From: an uncultured Gemmatimonadales bacterium
Lineage (GTDB): Bacteria > Gemmatimonadota > Gemmatimonadetes > Gemmatimonadales > Gemmatimonadaceae
Direction of reading: 5' to 3'
Length of the DNA stretch: 64,000 bases
Assembly: GCA_963850905.1 (NCBI GenBank)
Contig: CAWKMU010000004.1
Coordinates: forward strand, 288,001-352,000
Shown here: in pieces, positions 49,762 through 60,276 of the stretch
How the letters are laid out: every line of letters begins with the position of its first letter
Position numbering within the stretch: the stretch's first letter is position 1
The notes under the pieces: model-generated
What the model was told of the DNA's origin: nothing
What the model saw: only the letters and a program-made list of their open reading frames with translations
Databases searched by the model: none
Translations under genes and position numbers: made by a program

Positions 49762-52182
49762 TCACTGCACTCTCACAATTCCGACCCGAAACCCACTCAA
49801 TGGCGAGATCGGCCCCCCAGCCCCGCTCAGGAGCTGCAGCTGCTCGTCGATCGCGGCCGGGCCGTTGGGCAGGAGCCAATACGTTTTGCCGGTCCCCGGG
49901 ATGCTGGTCCTCTTGAACTGGAATGGCCCCGGCGCGAGGAGATACGGTCGGAGCGGCGCGGGAAGCGGATAGAACGACGCCTGCGTGAAGAGCACCGCAT
50001 AGATGTTCCGCAGGTCGAAGCTCGGCACCGTGACGCGCGGGTCCTGCGGGATGAACGACGCGGAGTCGAGCAGCGTCGATTGGTCGAGCGCAGTCGCGAG
50101 ACTCCAGTAGACCAGCATGTCGGGCACCGGAGCACCCGTGGCGCTGCTCACGTTGGCGAGCCCGTGGAGGCTGGTGTTGGTAATCATCGACTTGATGAAT
50201 CCACCTTCGGCGGCGGCGCTCGAGCCGGTCGCGTAGTTGTCGATCGCCCAGCGTGCGAAGTTCCACCCGGCGCCGTATTTCCCTTCTATGGATCCTGAGA
50301 AGGACTCCTGTGGCGAGAGGCCCGTGCTGTCGGTCTCCTCGAGGAAGGTGAAGAGAAATGGGAAGTGGCTGAACGTGAAGGTGAACGGGCTGTTGGCCGT
50401 CTGGCACGGCAGCGGGTCGAAGAACGTCGGTTCGCACCCGATCGTCTGATCGAACCCTGCGTCCGAGCGCCAGCTGGCCAGGTTGTAGTTGCGTCCCCAG
50501 ATCTCCGATGAGACCTGAGCCAGTCCTTCCTCGAGCCAGACGAGCTCCGGCTCATATGTGCCGCCGATGATGTGATCACCGATCGAGACCACGTGCTTGC
50601 TCTCGTGGGCGGCGGTCGAGCGCGCGAATGCCTCCCAGTCGCTCACGTCGAACCCGCTCGCGGATGGGACGGACATGTAGATCATCTCGGTCAGGTTCGA
50701 GAATGGATTCACGCTGCGCGAGTAGAAGTCGCAAGGGCTGACCATGGCAATGATACCACCCGCGAAGGTGTTGATGACCGGCGTGAACACGATCGTGACC
50801 TTACCGGCGCCCGAGAGATCCTGATCGAGCTGCAGCGGGTCGCCGATGTAGGTCAGCAGGTGCTTCGCGTAGGTCAGCGTGTCATACTCGACGCCGAACC
50901 GGTGGTAGTAGGCGGAGTCGAACCGGAATGGCGATGGCCAGTTCGTGAGGCTGGTATCGGCGAGCACTTGCACGTGGGTGCCTGTGTAGACCGTTCGGGC
51001 CCCGATCGAATCGACCTGACTGCACATTCCCAGCAGTGCGGTGCGCACGTATACCTTGTTCACATTGCCGACCTTGGTGCCGACGAGCGACCGCGCTGTG
51101 ACGCCTGGCGGCTGTGTGCGGCGCGAGGCAGCATCGGCTCGCAGTTGCGGCAACGGATTGCCGTAGCGCTCGAGGATGCGCCGATTGTCCTCGAGGACGG
51201 CGAGGTGATTGCGCACTGAGCGTCGCATGAATGCCATCTCGCGCCGGTACGCGGGCGGAATCGGGGTCGTAGCTGGACGAATCTGGCCGGGTGACACCTG
51301 GCGCGGCTGTGAGGCAACCCCGTGGGTGGGGGTTCGACTCCGGACCGCCGTGCTCACGCCGACCAACGATCCCGCGATCTGAAAGTCCTCGAGCGACGCG
51401 GAGCCAGAGTCGGTGTTGACGACGGTGATGAGATAAATGCCGTTCGGGGCGAGTGAGAGTGTCGTCTCGAAGGCGGGCGAGCCCGTGAAGATGGCGGCCT
51501 GCCCGACAGCGAGCGACGTCACGTTGGTGGGACATGTGACGCCAATGTTGACGACGAGCGGTGCACTGCCTGTGAGGCCTGCATAGGGCGTTGGTGATGG
51601 GGGCGTGCAGCCGGTTGGCACGTTCGACACGGTGATCGAGCCAGCACCTTTGCCGATGGGGATGCCGGTGACCGAGTACGTGCCCGTGGCCAATGTCGTG
51701 ACCGAAGGCAGTGCGGTGGTGCCCGACGGCGTGACGGTCACGGTCGCGTTGGGGACGCCGACGCCGCCTGGATTGGTGGCGACGGTCCCCGAGATCGTGC
51801 CACCTGGCGGGTGGCAGGTAACCGTGATGTTGGCGGTTGCCGTCGCGCCTGGGGTCGCCAGCGAGTATGGCGTCGGGTTGGGTGTGGCGCAGCCACTGGG
51901 GAGCTTCGATACCGCAACCATGCCGCTGCCAATGGGCACGTCGGCGACCTGGTAGGCGCCGCTGGTGTCGGTGATGACTGCGGGGAGCGCGGACCCGTTT
52001 GTGGGCGTCACGACGACATTGACGCCGGCCAGTCCCCTGCCGAGGCTACTCGAGACGATGCCGGAGAGCGATCCGTTTCTGGGCGCAGTCAACGAGTGGG
52101 AGCACGCGCTTGTCGCAACCACCGAAGCGAGCGCGATGATCCTGATTACGCGACTTGCACGGTGACTGCGGGTGTGCACCAC
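49762..52182 (-). CDS. Lipoprotein with two carboxypeptidase-regulatory-like domains and a zincin (M30-like) peptidase domain
   Basis: ATSAC lipobox; two GxISGxV...C repeats; AAHESKH...WLEEGLA. Confidence 0.75.
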   Translation of the reverse strand: MVHTRSHRASRVIRIIALASVVATSACSHSLTAPRNGSLSGIVSSSLGRGLAGVNVVVTPTNGSALPAVITDTSGAYQVADVPIGSGMVAVSKLPSGCATPNPTPYSLATPGATATANITVTCHPPGGTISGTVATNPGGVGVPNATVTVTPSGTTALPSVTTLATGTYSVTGIPIGKGAGSITVSNVPTGCTPPSPTPYAGLTGSAPLVVNIGVTCPTNVTSLAVGQAAIFTGSPAFETTLSLAPNGIYLITVVNTDSGSASLEDFQIAGSLVGVSTAVRSRTPTHGVASQPRQVSPGQIRPATTPIPPAYRREMAFMRRSVRNHLAVLEDNRRILERYGNPLPQLRADAASRRTQPPGVTARSLVGTKVGNVNKVYVRTALLGMCSQVDSIGARTVYTGTHVQVLADTSLTNWPSPFRFDSAYYHRFGVEYDTLTYAKHLLTYIGDPLQLDQDLSGAGKVTIVFTPVINTFAGGIIAMVSPCDFYSRSVNPFSNLTEMIYMSVPSASGFDVSDWEAFARSTAAHESKHVVSIGDHIIGGTYEPELVWLEEGLAQVSSEIWGRNYNLASWRSDAGFDQTIGCEPTFFDPLPCQTANSPFTFTFSHFPFLFTFLEETDSTGLSPQESFSGSIEGKYGAGWNFARWAIDNYATGSSAAAEGGFIKSMITNTSLHGLANVSSATGAPVPDMLVYWSLATALDQSTLLDSASFIPQDPRVTVPSFDLRNIYAVLFTQASFYPLPAPLRPYLLAPGPFQFKRTSIPGTGKTYWLLPNGPAAIDEQLQLLSGAGGPISPLSGFRVGIVRVQ

Positions 52183-52658
52183 TGTCCGTCACCTTCGGCT
52201 GCTCTGGTCCAGCACACGACAACCGCGAACGCTTGGGGGTGCGCGTGCGTAGAGGTCCGACGCTACTTGTCGGCTCGCTACCGGCGCGCATGAGAACGCG
52301 CCGAACCATATCAAGTCCGGGAAGATCGAGCAATGGCGAATTTGCCGAGCTGTGCTGATGCGGATGGCTGGCTCGACAGTGCGCTTCGGTCAGGTCGTCT
52401 CGTTTTGCCGTCGCACCGAACGAGATGTGTCGCCACTCGTACCAATGAGCGCCCATGCATCACGGGTCGCTGGCCAACGGGTCGAACATCGTGTCGCGAC
52501 GGCGCCTTCCTCGCCATCTTTATCACCGCCACATGTCTTCGCGGCGAACTCGCGTTCTTGAGTAGTTTGTCTACTTTCAACTTTCTGTTGTTCTACTTTC
52601 TCGGGCGCGTGAGCGCCCGTCGCCCGGGACTGGCGGGCGGCGACATGGAGCGGAGAAC

Positions 52659-53720
52659 GTGACCGACATTCAGATTAAAAAGAGCGGATCCCGGAAGCCA
52701 CGTCCGGCGGATGCGGATCTGGTATTCGGGACGGTGTTCACGGACCACATGTTCGTGATGGACTACTCCGACGACCATGGGTGGCATTGTCCGCGCGTCG
52801 AGCCCTATCAAGCGTTGCCGCTCGATCCCGCGGCGATGGCTTTACAGTATGGGCAGTCGGTGTTCGAGGGGCTCAAGGCCTACCGCTCCAAGAGCGGCTC
52901 GATCGGGATCTTCCGCCCATCCGCCCATGGGGAGCGGCTCGTCCGTTCGTGCGCGCGAATGTGCATTCCGGAGATCGACCCGGACTTGTTTGTGGAGGCC
53001 CTGAAGGCGTTGGTGCAGGTTGACGCCGAGTGGGTGCCGAGCGCCCGGGGGACCGCTTTGTATCTCCGTCCGACGGTGGTGGCGTCGGAAGCCGCACTCG
53101 GCGTACGTCCGGCGCGGCGGTTCATCTATTACGTGATCATGACGCCGGGCGGCCCGGTGTACGGCAGTGACCCGCGGCTCAAGATTTTGGTGTCCGACCG
53201 ACACGTGCGGGCGGTCCGTGGCGGCGCCGGGTTCGCGAAGACGGGCGGCAACTATGGGCCGACGTTGCTGTCGACGCGTGAGGCACAGCAACAAGGATTT
53301 CATCAGGTGCTGTTCCTCGACGGTGTGCACCGGGAGTATGTCGACGAGCTCGGCATCATGAACTTCATGGTGAGACTCGACGACGAAGTCGTCACGCCGC
53401 CGCTGTCGGACACCATCCTTGCGGGGGTCACGCGCGATTCCGTGCTGACCCTGCTGCGCGACTGGGGCGTGCCGGTCGTCGAACGCCCGCTATCGATCAC
53501 CGAGATCTTCGAAGGCGGCCGTCGCGGGCACCTCAAGGAAGCGTGGGCGACGGGGACCGGCGCCGGCATCGCGGCGATCGGCGAGTTGTCCTATCGTGGC
53601 GAGCGCTTAGTGATCAACGGGGGCGACACTGGCGCGCTCACTCGCAAGATCGACGCGGCGCTCGCCGGCATTCGCTATGGGGAGTCAGAGGATCCTCATG
53701 GCTGGATGGAGCGCCTGTAG
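52659..53720 (+). CDS. ilvE: Branched-chain amino acid aminotransferase
   Basis: FGTVFTDHM, QYGQSVFEGLKAY, LYLRP, AKTGGNY, ILAGVTRDS. Confidence 0.93.
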   Translation: MTDIQIKKSGSRKPRPADADLVFGTVFTDHMFVMDYSDDHGWHCPRVEPYQALPLDPAAMALQYGQSVFEGLKAYRSKSGSIGIFRPSAHGERLVRSCARMCIPEIDPDLFVEALKALVQVDAEWVPSARGTALYLRPTVVASEAALGVRPARRFIYYVIMTPGGPVYGSDPRLKILVSDRHVRAVRGGAGFAKTGGNYGPTLLSTREAQQQGFHQVLFLDGVHREYVDELGIMNFMVRLDDEVVTPPLSDTILAGVTRDSVLTLLRDWGVPVVERPLSITEIFEGGRRGHLKEAWATGTGAGIAAIGELSYRGERLVINGGDTGALTRKIDAALAGIRYGESEDPHGWMERL

Positions 53721-53843
53721 CGCTTCCCGCAGTGAGTGAGATCGCGTCGGGAGGATCGACTGCTAACGAGAGTCGGCATGACTAGAGACGCTCGGCGGCC
53801 CGGAGTCCGGATCGGGGTGGGATCAACGCGCGGTGCGCCCCTT

Positions 53844-55187
53844 TTAGGCGAGACCTGACGTGGCAAATGCAGCCTGCCGGCGTAGCACCAGCAGGATCCC
53901 GCCCGCACACAGCGACACCACCGCGAGTGCGAGAAACGCCCCGGTCATGCCGCCGGTCGCGTCCTTGAGAAGGCCGACCGCAAACGGGCCAACAAACCCC
54001 CCGACGCTGCCAATCGAGTTGACGAGCGCGATCCCGGCCGCCGCTGCACTGCCGCGAAGGATCATTGTCGGGATGCACCAAAACGGAGGGTAGAAAGCCC
54101 GCTGTCCAAGGCCAACGACCGTGAGCGCCGCGAGTGGCCCCCATGGATGCGGTAACAAGGCCGCGCCGAGAAAGCCAATCGCGATGACGACGGTGCTCGC
54201 CGCGGCGTGAAGAAAGCGCTCTTCGTTCCGGTCTGAGATGATCCCCGAGAGTATCGTCGAAACCGCAGTCAACGCACCGATCGCCCCGAAGAGAAGAGCG
54301 GTGACGCCATTACTCGTATGGAGCGCGTCACGGATCGCGATCGGGGCCCAGAAATCGAAGCTGTATGCCGTCGTGAGCAGCAGGAACCACGGGAGCGACA
54401 CCATCCACACGACGGGATTCGCCAGGGCCCGGAGCGGCTCACGAATCGACACAGTCGCTGGTGCTTCCTGGTCTCGCCGAAGACGCTCGACAAGCCAGGC
54501 CCGTTGCTCGTCCGACAGCCAGTTGGCTGCCTCCACCCGATCAGGGAGGTACGTCAGCACCGCAAACCCCAGAAGAACCAATGGAATCCCCTCGATGAGA
54601 AACAACCATTGCCAGCCGTGGAGGCCGAGATGTCCGTCGAATCCAAGCAGCCAGCCACTGATGGGGGCGCCGATCGCCTGGGAGAGAGGAATGGCGATCA
54701 TGAAGCGGGCGATCGCGCGAGCGCGCTGTGTCTGTGGAAACCACTCGCTCAGGTAGTACACAATGCCTGGGAAAAACCCGGCCTCGGCGAATCCCAGCAG
54801 GCCACGAACGAGGTAGAAGTGGCCAGGCGTGCGGACGAACATCATAGCTGACGCGATGACTCCCCAGCTGATCATGATGCGGGCGATCCACAGACGGGCG
54901 CCCACTCGAGCCAGAATCAGATTGCTCGGCACTTCGAACAGCGAATACCCAATGAAGAACACCCCCGCGCCGAACCCGTAGGCGGCGGCGCTGAAGTGCA
55001 GATCGCGGTTCATTTGCAGCGCGGCGATCGCGACGTTGGTCCGGTCGAGGAAGTTGAAGACAAACAGAATGAACAGGAACGGCAGGAGTCGCACGCTCGC
55101 TCGACGAATCGTCTCGCGCGCGATGGCCGAGTCATCCAGTTCGACAATCGTTCCCGCGGACACAGCGACATCCGCGATCGAGGCCAT
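53844..55187 (-). CDS. MFS transporter (ACS/phthalate permease-like)
   Basis: LDRTNV, FEVPSNLIL, AEAGFFPG, GWQWLFLIEG. Confidence 0.93.
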   Translation of the reverse strand: MASIADVAVSAGTIVELDDSAIARETIRRASVRLLPFLFILFVFNFLDRTNVAIAALQMNRDLHFSAAAYGFGAGVFFIGYSLFEVPSNLILARVGARLWIARIMISWGVIASAMMFVRTPGHFYLVRGLLGFAEAGFFPGIVYYLSEWFPQTQRARAIARFMIAIPLSQAIGAPISGWLLGFDGHLGLHGWQWLFLIEGIPLVLLGFAVLTYLPDRVEAANWLSDEQRAWLVERLRRDQEAPATVSIREPLRALANPVVWMVSLPWFLLLTTAYSFDFWAPIAIRDALHTSNGVTALLFGAIGALTAVSTILSGIISDRNEERFLHAAASTVVIAIGFLGAALLPHPWGPLAALTVVGLGQRAFYPPFWCIPTMILRGSAAAAGIALVNSIGSVGGFVGPFAVGLLKDATGGMTGAFLALAVVSLCAGGILLVLRRQAAFATSGLA

Positions 55188-55260
55188 GTGCGCTCCGTAG
55201 TTGACGGCTATGCGACCTGCGTTCTCGGGTCGATCGCGCCGATCGCGAGCAGCATGCGCA

Positions 55261-57000
55261 TCAATACTTCCAGGCCGTCACGTTCTCTCCAGCTGGGGCA
55301 TGTGCCGTGATTGCCGCCGCCATCTCGCGTACGATCGAACCCATCTGTGCGTGACGCCACCCGTGCCCCCGAAATGGACGGCCGTAGTGAAACTCTCCGG
55401 CGACGTGTGGCGCTCGCGAGCTATCGAGGAAGCGGTCGAGGTCAACGACAGCCACATTCAAGTAGAAGTTGTCCATGTCGCCGACGTCAACGTGAATCTT
55501 GTCTACAAGCTGCGGTCCGATCCGGGACCAATTCTTCTCCGCATACGCGCGCAGGTCGTAGCCGTTGTCGCGCATGTACTGCGCGACGGCCGGGTCAATG
55601 TGGCCGGTGCGTTTGTCCCATAGCGGCTTCGGATATCCGTCATCCCCGACCGGAGAATAGACCGACTCCCATGCTTCGATCTGATCTCCCGATCGCCCGT
55701 GGCTGCCCAAGACCGCCTCATGCTGACTTTGCGATTGGTTCGTCAAGAGTGTCTGCCCGTCGTTGCCTCGCATGAACGGCCGATCGGGATGGATCCACCT
55801 GTCGATTGGGCTCGCGCCCCAGAAGTTCGCGACGTTGACATTCCCGGTCACGAAAAAGGCATTCGTATCAGTGTAGGCGTTGACGAGTCCGTAGTCGCGA
55901 AAATCGATCGGGTCCGGGAACGCTGTCCACGTGCCGCCAAAGAAGTCAGGATGGTAGAGCTGGAGCGCGAGCGACTCCCAGCCGCCTGTGGAGCCGCCGG
56001 TGAGCACCCGCGCGTACGGCTTCGCGATGATCCGGAAGTGAGATTCGATATACGGAATGAGCTCTCGCATCAGAGCGTCGCCGTATGGTCCATTGTTCGC
56101 TGAATTCACCGCGTAGGAGTCGTCGTAATAGGGCGTGGGGTGTTGAAAAGTGACCGCAATGATCCGCGGGAAGTGTGCCCCGTTCCATTCCTTGTAAAGC
56201 GCATATCCGGTTTCCCGGTTGTAGCCGACGAAGGCCGACTGTAGCCCGGAGGGATCCGGTGTGCTGTCGGTCGTGAAATTCAGCGGGGGGCTGAGGTTGA
56301 AGTGACCTTGCTGATAGAGCACCGGGTAGTGCGCGGACGGGTGGTCGTCGTAGTCCTTGGGCAAGAGCACCACGGCGCCGAGGTACATCGGCCGTCCCCA
56401 AAACTTCGTCAGCATATCGCTTTGGATCTTGATGTGCTTGACCCATTTCGTGTCGGGCGGCGTGGGAGCTGCCGGGAGGGCTTCTGTGAGCTCGAGTTTG
56501 ATATCGTATCCCTTTGCGGGGTCCAAATGCACCTGCTGCACCACGCTGACAAGGTTGCCGGGCGAGCGCGTGAGACGCTGTCCCTCCCACTGATCCATGT
56601 GCGCCCAGACTGTGCGTCCGTCGCTGCGGTGAAACTCGGTGTACACGTTGGCGAGCGCCCTCACCGTGTAGTCTCCGGCCGGGAGATCTCGCAGGGTCGG
56701 CGCCGGCCAGCCAGGTGTCGTGTCGTCGATGATCGCCGCCTGGCCTGGAGCAAGCGCACTCACATCGATACCGAATACCGGGAGGGCCGCCGTCCCCGCG
56801 CTGGTATTCTCGACCGAGATCGGATCCACCCCCGAGTCTTTGTCAATGTACACCAGGACACGACCGGTGAGCGGGTCAGCATGTAGAGAGCTCGGGAAGG
56901 AAATGGAGAATCGGAGTGGCGGACCCTTGGTCGAGTCGCTACACGCGACGGCGAGCACGGACGCCACACACACGACGGCGAGGGAGGAGCAGCGTGTCAT
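55261..57000 (-). CDS. Putative esterase (alpha/beta hydrolase) lipoprotein
   Basis: LAVAC lipobox; DDSYAVNSANNGPYG, GGSTGGW, GDMDNF, GHGW. Confidence 0.85.
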   Translation of the reverse strand: MTRCSSLAVVCVASVLAVACSDSTKGPPLRFSISFPSSLHADPLTGRVLVYIDKDSGVDPISVENTSAGTAALPVFGIDVSALAPGQAAIIDDTTPGWPAPTLRDLPAGDYTVRALANVYTEFHRSDGRTVWAHMDQWEGQRLTRSPGNLVSVVQQVHLDPAKGYDIKLELTEALPAAPTPPDTKWVKHIKIQSDMLTKFWGRPMYLGAVVLLPKDYDDHPSAHYPVLYQQGHFNLSPPLNFTTDSTPDPSGLQSAFVGYNRETGYALYKEWNGAHFPRIIAVTFQHPTPYYDDSYAVNSANNGPYGDALMRELIPYIESHFRIIAKPYARVLTGGSTGGWESLALQLYHPDFFGGTWTAFPDPIDFRDYGLVNAYTDTNAFFVTGNVNVANFWGASPIDRWIHPDRPFMRGNDGQTLLTNQSQSQHEAVLGSHGRSGDQIEAWESVYSPVGDDGYPKPLWDKRTGHIDPAVAQYMRDNGYDLRAYAEKNWSRIGPQLVDKIHVDVGDMDNFYLNVAVVDLDRFLDSSRAPHVAGEFHYGRPFRGHGWRHAQMGSIVREMAAAITAHAPAGENVTAWKY

Positions 57001-57055
57001 AGTGATTTCCGAGGACGAGGGAACAGCGATCTCCAGTCGGGATGGCGTGCGCGTC

Positions 57056-59191
57056 TCAGGGCTGCACGTTTGTCACCGTGATAATGCCCTGTTGCTGGAA
57101 ATGCTTGTCGTACCAGGCGATTTTCCGTTGAATGTTGTCGACGATGTGTTTCGTCTCCGCCAGGATTCGCGCCTCGCGGGGATACTGCACCAACATCGTC
57201 TCCACACCGATATCCTTGAGCGCGACGTAGTACTGCTCCGCTTCTTCGATCGGCACGATGGGATCACCCTCGCCGTGCATGAGCATGACCGGGGTGTGGA
57301 CGTTGGCTACGTATCGAATTGGCGAACGCTTCCAGGCCTCGTCCATGGTCGTCCCCTGGTGCAGCAATTCGCCAAACTCCATCTCCTCAAAGTGGTCGTA
57401 GTACGTTCGGTAGTTGAAACTGACGAGGTTGCTCACGCCGTCCATCGCCACTGCAGCCTTGAACTCATTCGTTTGGGTAACGAGCCAGTCGGTCAGCTGT
57501 CCCCCATATCCGACGCCTTCGATTCCCATGCGTTCACGATCGATCCAAATGTTGCGGCGGACCGCCGCACTGACAGCGTACAAGACATCCTGGCCTTCAT
57601 CCCCATCCGGATCGCCAAATACCGCGTCAGCGAACTGCTGGCCATAGCCAGTCGAGCCGCGGTAGTTCACATGCAGTGTCGCCCAGCCATGCGCCGCATA
57701 GACCTGATCCTGGAAGCTGAACGCAGGACCGCTTTGCCCGTGGAGGTCGGGATGTAGATCCACGATTAGTGGATATCGGAGAATGGGGGTTGTGTCGTCA
57801 GGATGCTCGACGAGCCCGCCCGGCCTCACCAAGAATGCCTGCACTACGAACCGGTTGTCATTGCTCACGAAGGTGAACGAGTCGACGGAGGCAACGCCCT
57901 TCTCCGCCAAGACCCCTCCGTTCAAATCGGTCAGTCGCCGAGAGGCGTGGGCCGGTGTCTTGAGGTAGAGCTCCGCCAGGTCGGCCGGGGTCGACAGCGC
58001 GTAGGCTACAGCACCGCCTCTCCCCGGGGAGAACGCCGTGACCGTCCCAGGCTCTGCGACGACGACCTCTGGTTGTCCCACGACGCCGTTCGGCGACACT
58101 GGCAGCCGCACGAGGTGCCAATTCCCGCGTTGCTGGACGGTGAAATACAGCGCTGACGCATCGGGGGCCCATAGCGGACGGCTCTGCCGACCGGCGACCG
58201 CGGCGCCAACGTCTCGTTGATGGCTCCCGTCCGCATCCATGAGCCACACGTGGACGTCCTCCGCGGTCGACTCGCGGTCGGTCAGCCCGCGGGTCGTAGC
58301 CGTGTACGCGATCGATTTCCCGTTCGGCGCCCACACCGGCGCGTACTTGGAGTTTTCCGTGGCGGTCAGACGGCGGATACTCCCGTCTGCGAGCTGGACA
58401 GCAAAGAGATCGTAATGAAAGAACTCGTCGGGGTTCTGGTCGTAGTCCGCTACGAAGACAATCTCCTTGCCGTCGGGAGACCATGTGATCGAATGGACGT
58501 CGCGCGTTCCGTTGGTGAGTTGCTTGACTTGCTTCGTCCCGGGATCCGCGACGAAGAGCTCGAGCCGGCGATTGTCGTTGAAGCGTGTGGCGCCGCTCCC
58601 AACGGTCGGACGGTAGAGATAGTGCGAAGCAACCCCGGGGTCGCTCGCGCTGTCATCTGGGTAGACGCCTGGAATGGCACGGATGAACGCGACCTGCTTG
58701 CTGTCAGGAGACCACAGCACATTATCGCCCTGACCGGGGTCGCGTATCACGAGCAACTCGTGGCCCAACCAACCCGGAAGCGGCAGATTCGGATCGGTCT
58801 CGCGGCTCAGAAATATCGGACCTGACCCATCCGCGTGTGCAACCCAGAGACCGCTCTGCACGCCATCGTTACCGTCGTACGCGAGCCACTTGGAATCAGG
58901 AGACCAGTGGGGCAACGACATCGAAGACTTCTCGTCGCCCAAGCGAGTCGCTTGCCCTGTCGCGACGTCCATGATCCACATCTGTTGGTACGGGCGTCCC
59001 GGCCGATCGCGAATCGCCACCGTATAGGCGAGACGTTGGCCGTCGGGCGAGAGCGCGACTTGGCCGATTGAGCGGAGCCGCGACAGATCGCTGCTTTGCA
59101 ACCCCTGAGCGCTGGCGGCCGGCGCTCGAAGCACCATACTCATTGCGAACAACGCGCCCACCGTCAGGACCGCTGCGTGACTCGAATGCAT
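57056..59191 (-). CDS. S9 family peptidase homolog (beta-propeller plus hydrolase domain) lacking catalytic Ser and His
   Basis: WSPDG repeats, NYRGSTGYG, GVGYGG (expected GxSYGG), HGEGDPIVP, YPREARI (expected YPREGHG). Confidence 0.88.
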   Translation of the reverse strand: MHSSHAAVLTVGALFAMSMVLRAPAASAQGLQSSDLSRLRSIGQVALSPDGQRLAYTVAIRDRPGRPYQQMWIMDVATGQATRLGDEKSSMSLPHWSPDSKWLAYDGNDGVQSGLWVAHADGSGPIFLSRETDPNLPLPGWLGHELLVIRDPGQGDNVLWSPDSKQVAFIRAIPGVYPDDSASDPGVASHYLYRPTVGSGATRFNDNRRLELFVADPGTKQVKQLTNGTRDVHSITWSPDGKEIVFVADYDQNPDEFFHYDLFAVQLADGSIRRLTATENSKYAPVWAPNGKSIAYTATTRGLTDRESTAEDVHVWLMDADGSHQRDVGAAVAGRQSRPLWAPDASALYFTVQQRGNWHLVRLPVSPNGVVGQPEVVVAEPGTVTAFSPGRGGAVAYALSTPADLAELYLKTPAHASRRLTDLNGGVLAEKGVASVDSFTFVSNDNRFVVQAFLVRPGGLVEHPDDTTPILRYPLIVDLHPDLHGQSGPAFSFQDQVYAAHGWATLHVNYRGSTGYGQQFADAVFGDPDGDEGQDVLYAVSAAVRRNIWIDRERMGIEGVGYGGQLTDWLVTQTNEFKAAVAMDGVSNLVSFNYRTYYDHFEEMEFGELLHQGTTMDEAWKRSPIRYVANVHTPVMLMHGEGDPIVPIEEAEQYYVALKDIGVETMLVQYPREARILAETKHIVDNIQRKIAWYDKHFQQQGIITVTNVQP

Positions 59192-59224
59192 GCCGATCTC
59201 CTACAATTGACGCTTTGGGAACGT

Positions 59225-60178
59225 CTACTGGGTCATATGCGCGCGAAACCACGCGATCGCCCGGGCGTCGCGGTCGAGGCGGTTATGTGATGCTCCAGCG
59301 TTGTCACCCGCGTAGATAACCACGCTATAGGGCAGTCTCAGTCGGTCGAGCGCCTCCGCCAGCTCGAGGGTCTGCATCGCGGGCACCTGCGTGTCGGCGG
59401 CGCCATGCATCAGCAAGAGCGGCGTGCGGAGTTCCTGCGCCCAGAGGATGGCCGACCGTTTGGCATTGATCTCTGCATGGTGGCGACCGTAGTCCGGGAA
59501 CAAGGTGTCACGAGCGTTCCGACTCACGGAATCGGTGGTATACAGCTCCTCGAGGTTGCTGAACGCACCGACCGTCGCTGCGGCATTCATCGGAAAGTGG
59601 TAGCGGATGGCCTGAAACGTCATCATCCCACCGCGGCCGTCACCGTACATGAACACATTGCGAGAGTCGAGGTACGGGAGCTGTTGGATCACTCGTGACA
59701 GATTCATGACGTCGTCGACGTCGGCGCCCCCCATCTCGTCGTGCCCCTCGCCACCGGCACTTTGGCGGTATTGCGGTGCGACAATGACGAAGCCGTACGG
59801 TGCCAAGCGCTCGAAGTATGGTGCGAACAGGAAGCCGACATCGCCATGCTGCATGTCACCTCGAGCGAGCACAATGACCGGATACCGTTGGGTGCCGGGA
59901 TCGCGAGGCTTGTAGACGTACGCTTTGACCTTGAGTCCGTCGCTCAGGTAGGTAATCGTCACCATCTCGTTTGAGCTGGCGCGAAGCGCTTCCGCCGCCC
60001 GGTCGTACGCGGCCGCGGTGGGGTAGTAGTGGTTGCGATCAGCCAGCTGCTGCGCCGTGAAGGTGCTCTCGACCGGATAGGTATACGGCTCGATCCGCAC
60101 GATCGTGCCATCAGTCGTCGACTGTGGACTTGGCGTCTGCAGCAGCAACATCAGCGGGAGAATCCCGAGGGTTATCAA
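59225..60178 (-). CDS. Prolyl oligopeptidase-like alpha/beta hydrolase homolog lacking catalytic Ser
   Basis: YLSDGLKVKAY, QYR...GEGHDEMGGADVDD, GDGRGGMM (expected GxSRGG), HGAAD, GDNAG. Confidence 0.85.
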   Translation of the reverse strand: MITLGILPLMLLLQTPSPQSTTDGTIVRIEPYTYPVESTFTAQQLADRNHYYPTAAAYDRAAEALRASSNEMVTITYLSDGLKVKAYVYKPRDPGTQRYPVIVLARGDMQHGDVGFLFAPYFERLAPYGFVIVAPQYRQSAGGEGHDEMGGADVDDVMNLSRVIQQLPYLDSRNVFMYGDGRGGMMTFQAIRYHFPMNAAATVGAFSNLEELYTTDSVSRNARDTLFPDYGRHHAEINAKRSAILWAQELRTPLLLMHGAADTQVPAMQTLELAEALDRLRLPYSVVIYAGDNAGASHNRLDRDARAIAWFRAHMTQ

Positions 60179-60276
60179 GTCGACGCTCCACTGCCCTTGT
60201 GGCGTTTAGGGCCCAGCCGCGGCCCAACGCGCGATGCGACGCCGCGGCTGGACATCATCTGCTTGCGGCTCACCGT

